A stretch of 64,000 nt of DNA from Hyphomicrobiales bacterium (lineage in GTDB: Bacteria > Bacteroidota > Bacteroidia > Bacteroidales > JBGRPZ01), in the NCBI GenBank assembly GCA_041725915.1, contig JBGRPZ010000003.1:5209-69208 (forward strand). The letters are read 5' to 3'. The notes beneath the pieces were generated by a model that had not been told where the DNA came from, made no database searches, and saw only the letters and a program-made list of their open reading frames with translations. Both the position numbers and the translations under genes were made by a program. This document shows, one piece after another, positions 9,759 through 18,938 of the stretch (positions within the stretch are counted from its first letter, which is position 1; the number at the start of each line of letters is the position of its first letter).

Positions 9759-10664
9759 ATGAAGAGGTATTCTATAAAAGACATAGAAAAACTGACAGGT
9801 ATAAAGGCTCACACCTTGCGTATTTGGGAACAGAGATACAATTTCCTGACTCCACATAGAACGGATACTAATATTCGTTTCTATGATGATGAACAGCTCA
9901 AAAAACTTCTCAATGTATCTTTATTGGTATCAAGAGGGCATAAGATTTCTAAGATCTGTAAACTTTCTGATTATGAACTGAACCTTAAAATAAAGGAGAT
10001 TTATGAGACTAGTGATCAAGAGATAGGTGAACAAACTATACCTTTCAAGATAAACAGCCTCATAGTGAGCATGCTGGATCTAAATGAAAACAAGTTCAAT
10101 CAGATCATTGCAACAAGTCTTATGAAGAGAGGTATGGCTCAGACTATTTCAATGGTATTGTTCCCCTTTATGCAAAGATTACAAATAATGTGGCGTACTG
10201 GAGAAATAACTACAGCCCAAGAACATTTTATCATGAACTTGATAAGGCAAAAGCTCATGGTAGCCATAGATTCAATTCCTATAGCCCCCAATAATGCAGA
10301 GAAATTTATACTCTTCCTTCCTGAGAATACTATGAATGATATAGATATATTATTCTATGCTTATTTTCTTAAGTTAAATGGAAAACAAATGTTAAACTTG
10401 GGAAAAGATATTAATCTGTATGATCTAAAAAGCATCCAAGACATTGCAAAGCCAAACATATTTATGACATATGTTGAGGAACCTACTTGTTGTATTGAAG
10501 TTCAAAACAACATTCTCCCTATAGCAGAATCTTTCCCTAATCAGGAAATATGGCTTATTGGCAATTTAGATATCTTACAGAGCTTAAAACTTCCTGAGAA
10601 TATTAAACTGATATCAAATCTGGAAAGCTTACAAGGAATGGTTAAGCCACAGCAAGTATTCTAG
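9759..10664 (+). CDS. MerR family transcriptional regulator with a CarH/LitR-like C-terminal (B12-binding-like) region that lacks an obvious His ligand
   Basis: 301-aa ORF. The N-terminal MerR HTH is 'YSIKDIEKLTGIKAHTLRIWEQRYNFLTPHRTDTNIRFYDDEQL'. The C-terminal 'FILFLPENTMNDIDILFYAYFLKLNGKQMLNLG' sits where CarH-type proteins carry the ExH...G B12 motif. Confidence 0.7.
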   Translation: MKRYSIKDIEKLTGIKAHTLRIWEQRYNFLTPHRTDTNIRFYDDEQLKKLLNVSLLVSRGHKISKICKLSDYELNLKIKEIYETSDQEIGEQTIPFKINSLIVSMLDLNENKFNQIIATSLMKRGMAQTISMVLFPFMQRLQIMWRTGEITTAQEHFIMNLIRQKLMVAIDSIPIAPNNAEKFILFLPENTMNDIDILFYAYFLKLNGKQMLNLGKDINLYDLKSIQDIAKPNIFMTYVEEPTCCIEVQNNILPIAESFPNQEIWLIGNLDILQSLKLPENIKLISNLESLQGMVKPQQVF

Positions 10665-10702
10665 TTAAGGAATTAACTTCTATATACTGGGTTGTTAAAG
10701 CA

Positions 10703-10739
10703 TAAAAAAAGGAGACTATCAATGATAGTCTCCTTTTTA
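10703..10739. terminator. Bidirectional rho-independent terminator between convergent MerR gene and nifJ
   Basis: An A-run, then hairpin aggagactatc-aat-gatagtctcct (10710-10734), then a T-run. Confidence 0.7.
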
Positions 10740-10754
10740 ATATATATAGAATTG

Positions 10755-13700
10755 TTATTCTTCAGAATAATCAGCCTTCGCCATGCGAATATATGATTTA
10801 TATCTCCACTTAGCATTATCTTCTGCAACTTTATCAAGCTTTTCAGCCTCTTCAGGGAAAGCTTTCTTAAGAGCAGTATAACGAACCTCACCGTTAAGGA
10901 AGTTCTGGAATTTTTGCCAATCTGGCTCTTTAGAATCAAGAGTAAATGGATTCTTTCCTTCTTCTTCAACAGCTGGATTGTAACGATATAAATGCCAGTA
11001 ACCTGCTTCAACAGCTAACTTCTCTTCATGTTGAGCTTTACCCATACCACCTTTAAGACCGTGGTTAATACATGGAGAGTAAGCAATAACGATAGATGGT
11101 CCTGGATATGCTTCAGCTTCCTTCATAGCTTTGAAGAATTGAGACTGGCTAGAACCCATTGCTACCTGAGCAACATAAACATAACCATAAGTCATTGCCA
11201 TAGCACCAAGATCCTTCTTACGAACTTTCATTCCAGAAGTAGCAAACTTAGCAACAGCACCTACAGGAGTAGACTTAGAAGCCTGTCCACCAGTATTTGA
11301 ATATACCTCAGTATCCATTACCAAGATATTTACATCTTCACCAGTAGCAACAACATGATCAAGTCCACCATAACCTATATCATATGCCCAACCGTCACCA
11401 CCAAAGATCCATACAGACTTCTTCACAAGATGGTCTTTAAGATCAATGATCTCTTTAGCAACAGGAGCATCACTATTTTCAAGAAGAGCAAGAACATTTT
11501 GAGAAGCTACTTTAGAACCTTCTGCATCATTCCTGTTTGTAAGCCATTCATTAAATGCAGTCTTAATTTCTTCAGAAACATTCTCTAAATTGTCTCTCAT
11601 TAACTTCTCGATACGATCACGAAGCTTGTTAGCTCCAACAGCCATACCATAACCAAACTCTGCATTATCTTCGAACAAAGAGTTTGCCCAAGCAGGACCC
11701 TGACCTTTTTCATTCTTACAATATGGAGTAGATGGAGCAGAACCACCATAGATTGAAGAACAACCAGTAGCATTAGCTACCATCATTCTATCACCATAAA
11801 GTTGAGTGATTGCTTTGATATATGGAGTTTCACCACAACCAGCACAAGCTCCGGAGAACTCAAACAATGGTTGAGCAAATTGTGAATTCTTTACACTCTT
11901 ATTCTTTGCAACAAGATTTTCTTTGTAAGAAACATTCTCAGCAAAGTAATCCCAACGTGCAATCTCTGCGTCTTGAGTTCCAAGAGGCTTCATTTCAAGA
12001 GCCTTTGTCTTAGAAGGACAAACATCAACACAGTTACCACAACCTGTACAATCAAGAACAGATACTTGCATTCTGAAGTCATGACCAGCAGTAGCACCTT
12101 TTGTAGGAAGAGTTACAGTTCCTTCAGGAGCATTAGCTTTTTCTTCTTCAGTCATCAAGAATGGTCTGATAGCAGCATGAGGACAAACAAAAGCACACTG
12201 GTTACACTGGATACAGTTTTCTGCAATCCATTCAGGAACATTCACAGCAATACCACGCTTTTCATAAGCAGTAGTACCTGCAGGGAAAGTACCATCTTCT
12301 CTTCCATTAAATACACTTACAGGAAGATCATCTCCCATAAGGTGATTTACTGGACCAGCAACTTCTTGAACAAACTCAGGAGCATGCTCAAAGTTTAATT
12401 TTAATCCTTCTGTTTCGATATTAGCCCATTCAGCAGGAACTTCAACTTGTTCAACCTGACCACCACGATCAACCGCAGCATAGTTCATGTTAACAATATC
12501 TTCTCCTTTATTACCGAATGATTTAACGATGAATCTCTTCATCTCTTCAACAGCAAGATCATAAGGGATTACCTCAGCAATCTTAAAGAATGCAGACTGC
12601 ATGATAGTATTTGTTCTATTTCCAAGACCTATTTCTGAAGCAATCTCAGTAGCATCAATGATATAAAGTTTAATATCATTCTCAGCCATAAATTTCTTCA
12701 TATGATCTGGAAGACGCTTCTTAGTTTCTTCAGCATCCCAAATACTATTCAATAAGAAAGTACCACCTTTCTTTAATCCCCTAAGCATATCGTACTTCTC
12801 AAGGTATGCAGGAACATGACAAGCAACGAAGTCAGGAGTTCCTACCAAGTAAGGAGAACGAATAGCTTTATCACCAAAACGAAGGTGAGAAGTAGTGATA
12901 CCACCAGACTTCTTAGAGTCATATGCAAAATATGCTTGAGCATATTTATCAGTAGTTTCACCAATAATCTTTATAGAGTTTTTGTTAGCTCCAACAGTAC
13001 CATCAGAACCTAAACCATAGAATTTAGCTTCATAAGTACCTTCAGGAACAACAGAAATTTCTTGTCCAACAGTTAATGACTTATTTGTAACATCATCAAC
13101 AATACCTACTGTGAATTGGTTCTTTGGAGCTTCAGTAGCAAGATTATCATAAACTGAAATAATCTGTGCAGGAGTAGTATCTTTTGAAGATAAGCCATAA
13201 CGACCTCCAACAACTACTGGAGCATTCTCTTTGCCATAGAATAGGTCTCTTACATCTAAGTACAATGGATCTCCATTAGCTCCTGGTTCTTTAGTACGAT
13301 CAAGAACTGCAATACGCTTAACATTCTTAGGCATTACATTCATGATATACTTTGGAGAGAATGGACGATATAGATGTACAGATATTAAACCTACTTTTTC
13401 TCCTTGAGCATTCTTGTAATCTACAACTTCTTTAATTGTTTCTGTTACAGAACCCATAGCGATGATGATGTTCTCAGCATCTTCAGCACCATAGTAAGTG
13501 AATGGATGATATTCACGACCTGTACGCTTTGTAATTTCCTGCATGTACTCTTCGATCATATCAGGAATTGCATCATAGAAGCGATTAGAAGCCTCACGAG
13601 CCTGGAAGTAGATATCTGGATTTTGAGCGGTACCGCGAGTAACAGGATGCTCAGGGTTAAGAGCATTGTCACGGAAACGTTTTAAAGCATCCCAATCAAC

Positions 13701-14285
13701 AAGATCTTTTAAGTCTTCGTTTTCAAAATATTCTACTTTTTGAATCTCATGAGAAGTACGGAATCCATCAAAGAAATGTAGGAAAGGAATCCTTGATTTA
13801 ATAGAAGCTAAGTGAGCAATTGCTCCTATATCCATAATCTCTTGAACACTACCTGAAGCTAGCATAGCAAAACCAGTCTGACGACAAGACATAACATCAC
13901 TATGATCACCAAAGATAGATAATGCTTGAGCAGCAAGAGATCTAGCACTAACATGGAATACTCCTGGTAGTAATTCTCCAGAAATCTTATACATGTTAGG
14001 GATCATAAGCAATAAACCCTGAGACGCAGTAAAGGTTGTTGTAAGGGCACCTGCTTGAAGAGAGCCATGAACAGCACCAGCAGCACCTGCTTCAGATTGC
14101 ATTTCTGTCACCTGAACAGTTTCTCCAAAAATATTCTCTCTACCATAAGCTGACCATTCGTCAACATATTCAGCCATGGTTGAACTAGGAGTGATTGGAT
14201 ATATAGCTGCTACCTCACTAAACATATATGATACGTGAGCGGCTGCATAGTTACCATCACAGGTGATGAATTTCTTTTCTTTCAT
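10755..14285 (-). CDS. nifJ: Pyruvate:ferredoxin (flavodoxin) oxidoreductase
   Basis: 1176-aa single-chain PFOR. The N-terminus 'ITCDGNYAAAHVSYMFSEVAAIYPITPSS' is followed by two 4Fe-4S ferredoxin motifs ('CIQCNQCAFVCPH', 'CTGCGNCVDVCP') and the TPP-binding 'GGDGWAYDIGYGGLDH'. Confidence 0.97.
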   Translation of the reverse strand: MKEKKFITCDGNYAAAHVSYMFSEVAAIYPITPSSTMAEYVDEWSAYGRENIFGETVQVTEMQSEAGAAGAVHGSLQAGALTTTFTASQGLLLMIPNMYKISGELLPGVFHVSARSLAAQALSIFGDHSDVMSCRQTGFAMLASGSVQEIMDIGAIAHLASIKSRIPFLHFFDGFRTSHEIQKVEYFENEDLKDLVDWDALKRFRDNALNPEHPVTRGTAQNPDIYFQAREASNRFYDAIPDMIEEYMQEITKRTGREYHPFTYYGAEDAENIIIAMGSVTETIKEVVDYKNAQGEKVGLISVHLYRPFSPKYIMNVMPKNVKRIAVLDRTKEPGANGDPLYLDVRDLFYGKENAPVVVGGRYGLSSKDTTPAQIISVYDNLATEAPKNQFTVGIVDDVTNKSLTVGQEISVVPEGTYEAKFYGLGSDGTVGANKNSIKIIGETTDKYAQAYFAYDSKKSGGITTSHLRFGDKAIRSPYLVGTPDFVACHVPAYLEKYDMLRGLKKGGTFLLNSIWDAEETKKRLPDHMKKFMAENDIKLYIIDATEIASEIGLGNRTNTIMQSAFFKIAEVIPYDLAVEEMKRFIVKSFGNKGEDIVNMNYAAVDRGGQVEQVEVPAEWANIETEGLKLNFEHAPEFVQEVAGPVNHLMGDDLPVSVFNGREDGTFPAGTTAYEKRGIAVNVPEWIAENCIQCNQCAFVCPHAAIRPFLMTEEEKANAPEGTVTLPTKGATAGHDFRMQVSVLDCTGCGNCVDVCPSKTKALEMKPLGTQDAEIARWDYFAENVSYKENLVAKNKSVKNSQFAQPLFEFSGACAGCGETPYIKAITQLYGDRMMVANATGCSSIYGGSAPSTPYCKNEKGQGPAWANSLFEDNAEFGYGMAVGANKLRDRIEKLMRDNLENVSEEIKTAFNEWLTNRNDAEGSKVASQNVLALLENSDAPVAKEIIDLKDHLVKKSVWIFGGDGWAYDIGYGGLDHVVATGEDVNILVMDTEVYSNTGGQASKSTPVGAVAKFATSGMKVRKKDLGAMAMTYGYVYVAQVAMGSSQSQFFKAMKEAEAYPGPSIVIAYSPCINHGLKGGMGKAQHEEKLAVEAGYWHLYRYNPAVEEEGKNPFTLDSKEPDWQKFQNFLNGEVRYTALKKAFPEEAEKLDKVAEDNAKWRYKSYIRMAKADYSEE

Positions 14286-14535
14286 AATAATATACTCTTT
14301 TTTAAAAACCCTTAATGATTCAATTAATATGCTCTCGATAAATCCGCTGCAAAATTAATAATTTTACATAGTCATTAACTAGCAATCAGTCATTTTCGTT
14401 TGGGAGTCACCTATTTATAATAAATTTAGATTGTAATACTTAGAACTTTTACTTTCTCAATTGTTATCTATATGTATAATGCATACAAATATATTTATTA
14501 AGAGATTATATTTCATCATATTAAATCCCACTAAA

Positions 14536-15552
14536 ATGAACCTAAAGTCAAAATATCTGAATCTGGAACTAGACAATCCAATTATCGTAGGTGCAAGCAA
14601 TTTATCAGCAGATCTAAAAGTACTAGAAAGTCTTCAGGAAGCAGGTGCTGGTGCGATTGTTTATAAGTCTCTATTCGAAGAACAAATTCAAATAGAAAAC
14701 CTACAAACATGGGAAGAAATGAAGGAATACAATGACAGGAATGCCGAAATGACCACTATCTTTCCTGATGAGTCCAGATATGAACATGGCCCTGAAGAAT
14801 TCATCTATGAATTCAAAAAAGCCCGTAAACTACTAAAGATCCCTCTTATTGCAAGTTTGAACTGCGTATATGATGATACTTGGTATGAATATGCCAAAAG
14901 ACTTGAAAAAGCAGGTGCTGATGCACTGGAATTAAATTTCTATTCTGTACCTAAAGACTTTGAAATGGATGGAAGTGCTATTTTCAAAGAGCAAGTAGAT
15001 ACATTGACAGGTGTTAAGAATGCTATAAAGATACCTGTAAGCGTTAAGCTTAGTCCTTTTTATACAAATCCACTTTATGCTATTAAAGAACTAGAGAAAG
15101 CAGGTGCTGATGGCTTCGCTTTATTCAACAGGTTGTATCAACCCGATATTGACATAGAAAAAGAAAAACTGGATCTAAAATATCAATCTTCTGAAGCAAG
15201 CGAACATTGCCTTCCTTTAAGATATGCTGGCTTACTTTACGGTAATACAAAAGCTTCTATTGCTTGTGGTAGTGGAATTCATACTTCCGAAGATATTATC
15301 AGAATGCTTCTGGCTGGTGCTGATGCAACACATATTGTTACCACAATTTATAAACATGGCCCAGATATCATCAGTAAAATGAAAGATGAAATATCCGAAT
15401 GGATGAAAAGGAAAGGCTATATGAAGATAGACGACTTCAAGGGTAAATTATCCAAAAAGAATATAACAAATGATCCTTTCGCTTATAGAAGAGCACAGTA
15501 TGTTGATGCAATCATGAATATTAAACGATTCTTCAAAGATCCTCAAAGATAA
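14536..15552 (+). CDS. Dihydroorotate dehydrogenase-like protein (class 1 DHOD/DHPD TIM-barrel family)
   Basis: The track ORF starts at a TTG at 14461. I prefer the ATG at 14536 (MNLKSKYLNLELDNPIIVGASNLS...). The TIM-barrel flavoenzyme pattern includes 'GADALELNFYS', 'PVSVKLSP' and 'GADGFALFNR'. The gene is divergent from nifJ. Confidence 0.8.
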   Translation: MNLKSKYLNLELDNPIIVGASNLSADLKVLESLQEAGAGAIVYKSLFEEQIQIENLQTWEEMKEYNDRNAEMTTIFPDESRYEHGPEEFIYEFKKARKLLKIPLIASLNCVYDDTWYEYAKRLEKAGADALELNFYSVPKDFEMDGSAIFKEQVDTLTGVKNAIKIPVSVKLSPFYTNPLYAIKELEKAGADGFALFNRLYQPDIDIEKEKLDLKYQSSEASEHCLPLRYAGLLYGNTKASIACGSGIHTSEDIIRMLLAGADATHIVTTIYKHGPDIISKMKDEISEWMKRKGYMKIDDFKGKLSKKNITNDPFAYRRAQYVDAIMNIKRFFKDPQR

Positions 15553-15573
15553 AAGATAAGTAATTCCATTGCT

Positions 15574-15604
15574 AAGAGACTATTATTATAATAGTCTCTT
15601 TTTA
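15574..15604 (+). terminator. Rho-independent terminator after the DHOD-like gene
   Basis: Hairpin aagagactatta / taatagtctctt followed by ttttt. Confidence 0.6.
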
Positions 15605-15605
15605 T

Positions 15606-16118
15606 TTAATAGCACAACCTTGTAATAAGCTCCAATTGACTAGGATACTTTAATATAAGATCTCTGAATTTCCCTTTTTTCACATCTGACTTGTCCAATG
15701 AAGGAGATGCTGTTATTCCAATCAAAGCATAGCCATCTTCATTTTGAAGGTATGCTGCAAACCAAGTATCATGAGGAATTACATATTGAAAATATTCAAA
15801 TTCAGATAAGTCAGAACCTAGCTTTATGCTTCTTCTAACTCCTTTCTCTGAGATTGTTTCTATAACTATTGGGGATGTCCCTGTATAGTAATGCCAACAT
15901 TCTTCTTGGTTGGTCTTTATAAATCTAAATAGGTCTTTATTCTGTAATAGAAGATAAAAAGTATTGAGATAAGGTCTTTTCCCATAAAATCTATCAGGTA
16001 GGGCATCTTCACCTATATATTCATCTGATTTATATGTTTCTCTTGTGTATATTCCTTCCAGAGAGGGGGATAAATTGAGTTGTTTTATCCAGTAACTGGC
16101 TTCTTTCTTAGTTGTCAT
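15606..16118 (-). CDS. Cupin-fold protein of the DUF985 family
   Basis: The track ORF extends to 16202. The ATG at 16118 (MTTKKEASYWIKQLNLSPSLEGIYTRETYKS...) fits the family N-terminus. 'TFYLLLQNKDLFRFIKTNQEECWHYYTG' resembles the DUF985 core. Confidence 0.65.
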   Translation of the reverse strand: MTTKKEASYWIKQLNLSPSLEGIYTRETYKSDEYIGEDALPDRFYGKRPYLNTFYLLLQNKDLFRFIKTNQEECWHYYTGTSPIVIETISEKGVRRSIKLGSDLSEFEYFQYVIPHDTWFAAYLQNEDGYALIGITASPSLDKSDVKKGKFRDLILKYPSQLELITRLCY

Positions 16119-16260
16119 ATTAGTTCCTGTTATGTAGTAATACAATACTATAAGATAAGAATTTAATAGCAACAAAACAAGATCATAATTCAATTTAAAC
16201 ATTGACTACAAAGAGCTTAGATCTAAACAAACCTAAACTCTTCATACAGATTAAAACCAA

Positions 16261-16797
16261 CTATTGTGGAGCTGCAAATACCTGCACCCAGTATTTTCCA
16301 TCTGAGCTTCTCCCCATTCCTATTTCAGTGAATTTATCATTCATTATGTTTGCACAATGCCCTTCACTATGTAGCCAACCATTAATAACAGCTTTTTCTG
16401 AATCATAGCCTTCTGCTATATTTTCACCACAGTAAGAGTATGTATATCCTTCTCTAACTACCCTATCCCAAGGTTTAGAACCATCTTTACCTGTGTGAGA
16501 AAAGTAGTTTTTATCCTGCATATCCTGCGCATGTTTCTGCGCTGCCTTTGCCAAAACAGCATTCCATTTCAATTCTTTTACTGCTGTAAAATACTTATCA
16601 TCACTAAATTTATAACCAGAAGTACGAGCTGCATTCACTAATGTCATAGATTCTGTAAAAGAAGCTAGTGACACTACTTCAGGTTTAATACTCTCTTTTG
16701 TTTCTTCCTTTTTACAAGAAGTAATGTTTGATGAAATAAAAAACAATAATGACAGAACTAATAAGACCTGTCGCGTAATCTTATATACACAATTCAT
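16261..16797 (-). CDS. CAP/SCP/PR1-like domain lipoprotein (YkwD-like)
   Basis: 178-aa ORF with a signal peptide and lipobox-like 'NITSC'. The CAP core is 'HAQDMQDKNYFSHTGKDGSKPWDRV...GENIAEGY...AVINGWLHSEGHCANIMN'. Confidence 0.8.
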   Translation of the reverse strand: MNCVYKITRQVLLVLSLLFFISSNITSCKKEETKESIKPEVVSLASFTESMTLVNAARTSGYKFSDDKYFTAVKELKWNAVLAKAAQKHAQDMQDKNYFSHTGKDGSKPWDRVVREGYTYSYCGENIAEGYDSEKAVINGWLHSEGHCANIMNDKFTEIGMGRSSDGKYWVQVFAAPQ

Positions 16798-16837
16798 AAT
16801 TCAATTATTTGATTCGATTAAATGGTCGAGTGCAAAT

Positions 16838-16866
16838 AAAAGAAAAAAGGAGGCTTCCACCTCCTT
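16838..16866 (-). terminator. Rho-independent terminator closing the retron-like operon
   Basis: The minus-sense sequence reads aggagg-tggaag-cctcct followed by tttttctttt, about 20 nt after the RT stop codon. Confidence 0.65.
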
Positions 16867-16885
16867 TCACAATAGTAATCTATTT

Positions 16886-18301
16886 TTATTTTATCGTATC
16901 AATTATTTTCTTGACTCGTTTTCGAAGCTCTTCGCCCTTATCCTTATCAATCATATATATGAAATCTGCAAATCCTTTTATTGAAGATAGCATGTTCTTT
17001 CCCTTCTTTCCTCTCCATACCTTATCTTCAATCCCGTCTTTTTCAATCTGAAATAATAAAGCTTTAAACTTCTTTACCTCTTTTCTATTGACAGAAGGCT
17101 TTTCATTTACAACAACACCTGTCACTTCCTGACGACGACCAGATCTTAGCACTTTCAGCTTATCAGGATGAACTCTAAAGTTCTCTTCCTTTACAATCTG
17201 GTTCACCATAGCTATTAATTTCCTAATAGAATCAGTACTATCATCAGTACTAGAGAAAGTTAAATCATCAGCATAACGAGTATATTCAAAGCCATAATGC
17301 TTAGCTATACCTATAAGACGAGCATCTAATTTTCTACAGATAATATTAGTGATAGCAGGACTTGAAGGAGCTCCTTGAGGAAGGTAACGTGCAGATTTAG
17401 AAACAAAATAACTCTGATCATCAAGTTCTACCTCTGCTACTTCTGGTTCAGTAGTCAATAAAGCCAGAATAATTGAAATTTGCTCACTATAACCAAAAGA
17501 CTTATACATTCCCTTAACCCTTTCATATGTCAAGGATGGGAAAAAGTTCTTTAAGTCCATATTAATAACAACCTTCTTATTAATATGAGGCATTGCATTA
17601 GTAAGAATACTTTTGTTTGGAATAAAGCCATGAGCAACTTCATTGGTTTGAAGCTTATACAGAAGGTTCTCGAGAAGCCAGTTTTGAACTTTCTTCAATC
17701 TGGGTTTTGGTGCAGAAATCATACGCTTACCACCTGTTTTCTTCTCCATAAAGAAACGGGTGTAATGACTTACAGTAGAAGTTTTTCTAGTGAAAGAAAG
17801 AAACCTCAATTCATTTACTGTAAGTTCCATCTTCTTGGCCATATCCTCAACATTACTAAATGCTGGAAGATTCAACTCTACTAATCTCTGATTGTCAGAT
17901 TCTGTATTGTTTAGACCTTTAGATACCTCTTCACCTAAGTATACGATATTCTTTTCTTGCTTCTCTTGCCAGGCTTTAGCTCTTTCTTCCTTTTCTTGCT
18001 TTCTTCTTGCTTTAGTCTCTTCTTGCTTTTTACGAGATTCCAACATTCTGTTCTTACGGATCTCATTAAGTAAGGTTTCACGATTAGAAAATTTACTTAA
18101 ATCTGCAGACAGCTTATAAATTTCTTTAGAAAGCTCAGCTTCTCTCTTTATCAATTGTGAAGAAACTGAAGGCATTTGTTCGTTTTCATCCCAGAAACCA
18201 AGGCGTTTCATTTCAGATAAAACATAGGAATCCTTAGAACTCTCTTTAATTTTGTCGTAAATCTCTTGTCTCTTATTATCGTCTACTTGTCCCATAATCA
18301 A
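16886..18301 (-). CDS. Retron-type reverse transcriptase with a ~170-aa Lys/Glu-rich N-terminal extension
   Basis: 471-aa ORF. The readable motifs are 'ISAPKPRLKKVQ' (RT1/2), 'NAMPH' (retron-characteristic NAxxH) and 'VINMDLKNFFPS' (motif A). They continue with 'LPQGAPSSPAITN' (motif B), 'YTRYADDLTFS' (YADD box) and 'EVTGVVVN' (retron-characteristic VTG). The N-terminal section (e.g. 'RKKQEETKARRKQEKEERAKAWQEKQEK') has no RT similarity. Confidence 0.9.
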   Translation of the reverse strand: MIMGQVDDNKRQEIYDKIKESSKDSYVLSEMKRLGFWDENEQMPSVSSQLIKREAELSKEIYKLSADLSKFSNRETLLNEIRKNRMLESRKKQEETKARRKQEKEERAKAWQEKQEKNIVYLGEEVSKGLNNTESDNQRLVELNLPAFSNVEDMAKKMELTVNELRFLSFTRKTSTVSHYTRFFMEKKTGGKRMISAPKPRLKKVQNWLLENLLYKLQTNEVAHGFIPNKSILTNAMPHINKKVVINMDLKNFFPSLTYERVKGMYKSFGYSEQISIILALLTTEPEVAEVELDDQSYFVSKSARYLPQGAPSSPAITNIICRKLDARLIGIAKHYGFEYTRYADDLTFSSTDDSTDSIRKLIAMVNQIVKEENFRVHPDKLKVLRSGRRQEVTGVVVNEKPSVNRKEVKKFKALLFQIEKDGIEDKVWRGKKGKNMLSSIKGFADFIYMIDKDKGEELRKRVKKIIDTIK

Positions 18302-18385
18302 TCACAGACACCCCCTTTTAATCTTAAATCACACTCCTCAAATAAGAATCATATGATGAATATAGCAAGGTAAATTATACATATA

Positions 18386-18407
18386 GAATGGTGATCCACC
18401 AGTCAAT
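18386..18407 (-). repeat. Truncated third copy of the ncRNA 5' element (hairpin core + GTCAAT), 85-106 nt upstream of the RT start
   Basis: gaatggtgatccacca|gtcaat matches both full modules (gaatggYgatccaccattcggtttgcaaggtcaat), apart from a 13-nt internal deletion (ttcggtttgcaag). Confidence 0.5.
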
Positions 18408-18531
18408 TAATAAGGTTAATGCCTGCTTTAAAATTAAATTCTACAATTTTTTTAGCTATAAAACACCTTCAAATATCATAAATGATAAAAGGTAAATCTC
18501 AAGAAGAAATATTGAGATAAAAGAATAGAAA

Positions 18532-18755
18532 AAAGGTGACAATCAGGCCTTCGTCAATCTTAGGACTGAAGCGTTCAACTCAAATGATATAGCTATAGTA
18601 AATACATTTACTTTTGTGAAACAAATGTAGTACCGAAATGTGTTTACTATAGCTATATCATAAAGTAAAGAACGTGTCAGTGACGCGTATGAAATCTATT
18701 TACATGAATGGTGATCCACCATTCGGTTTGCAAGGTCAATCCCAATGCCACCTTT
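18532..18755 (-). ncRNA. Retron msr-msd-like structured ncRNA, copy A (RT-proximal)
   Basis: A terminal inverted repeat pairs 18532-18541 with 18746-18755 (10 bp). There is a 19-nt hairpin at 18706-18724 and a 17-nt hairpin at 18672-18688. A 78-nt long hairpin at 18584-18661 has 26-bp arms. The scaffold outside the long stem differs from copy B at only 4 of about 127 nt by hand alignment. Strand is inferred from gene context and the wobble pattern. Confidence 0.65.
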
Positions 18756-18938
18756 ATTTGAATACAAGATAATTTCTATGACAAAACAAACTTTTAATAT
18801 TAACACAAAACTTATGCAAACATCTAATAAATCAGATATTTACAATAACTTATAGTAAATATATAAAAGAGCATTTTATACTGTCAAGCAACAAAAAAGC
18901 ACCAACAATTATATACTTTAATGTTTACTTCATCAAAC

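Noticed and set aside
10673-14285. Several 60-140-aa ORFs lie inside or overlap nifJ (10673-11011, 11028-11300, 11355-11588, 11822-12398, 12816-13013, 13404-13685).
   Set aside because: All are out-of-frame or antisense within a 1176-aa PFOR gene that has unmistakable motifs.
16886-18301. I considered whether the RT is a group II intron-encoded protein.
   Set aside because: There is no maturase/X or endonuclease region after the RT domain. No domain V/VI-like structures flank the ORF. The retron-specific NAxxH and VTG motifs are present, and the flanking RNA has an a1/a2-type architecture instead.
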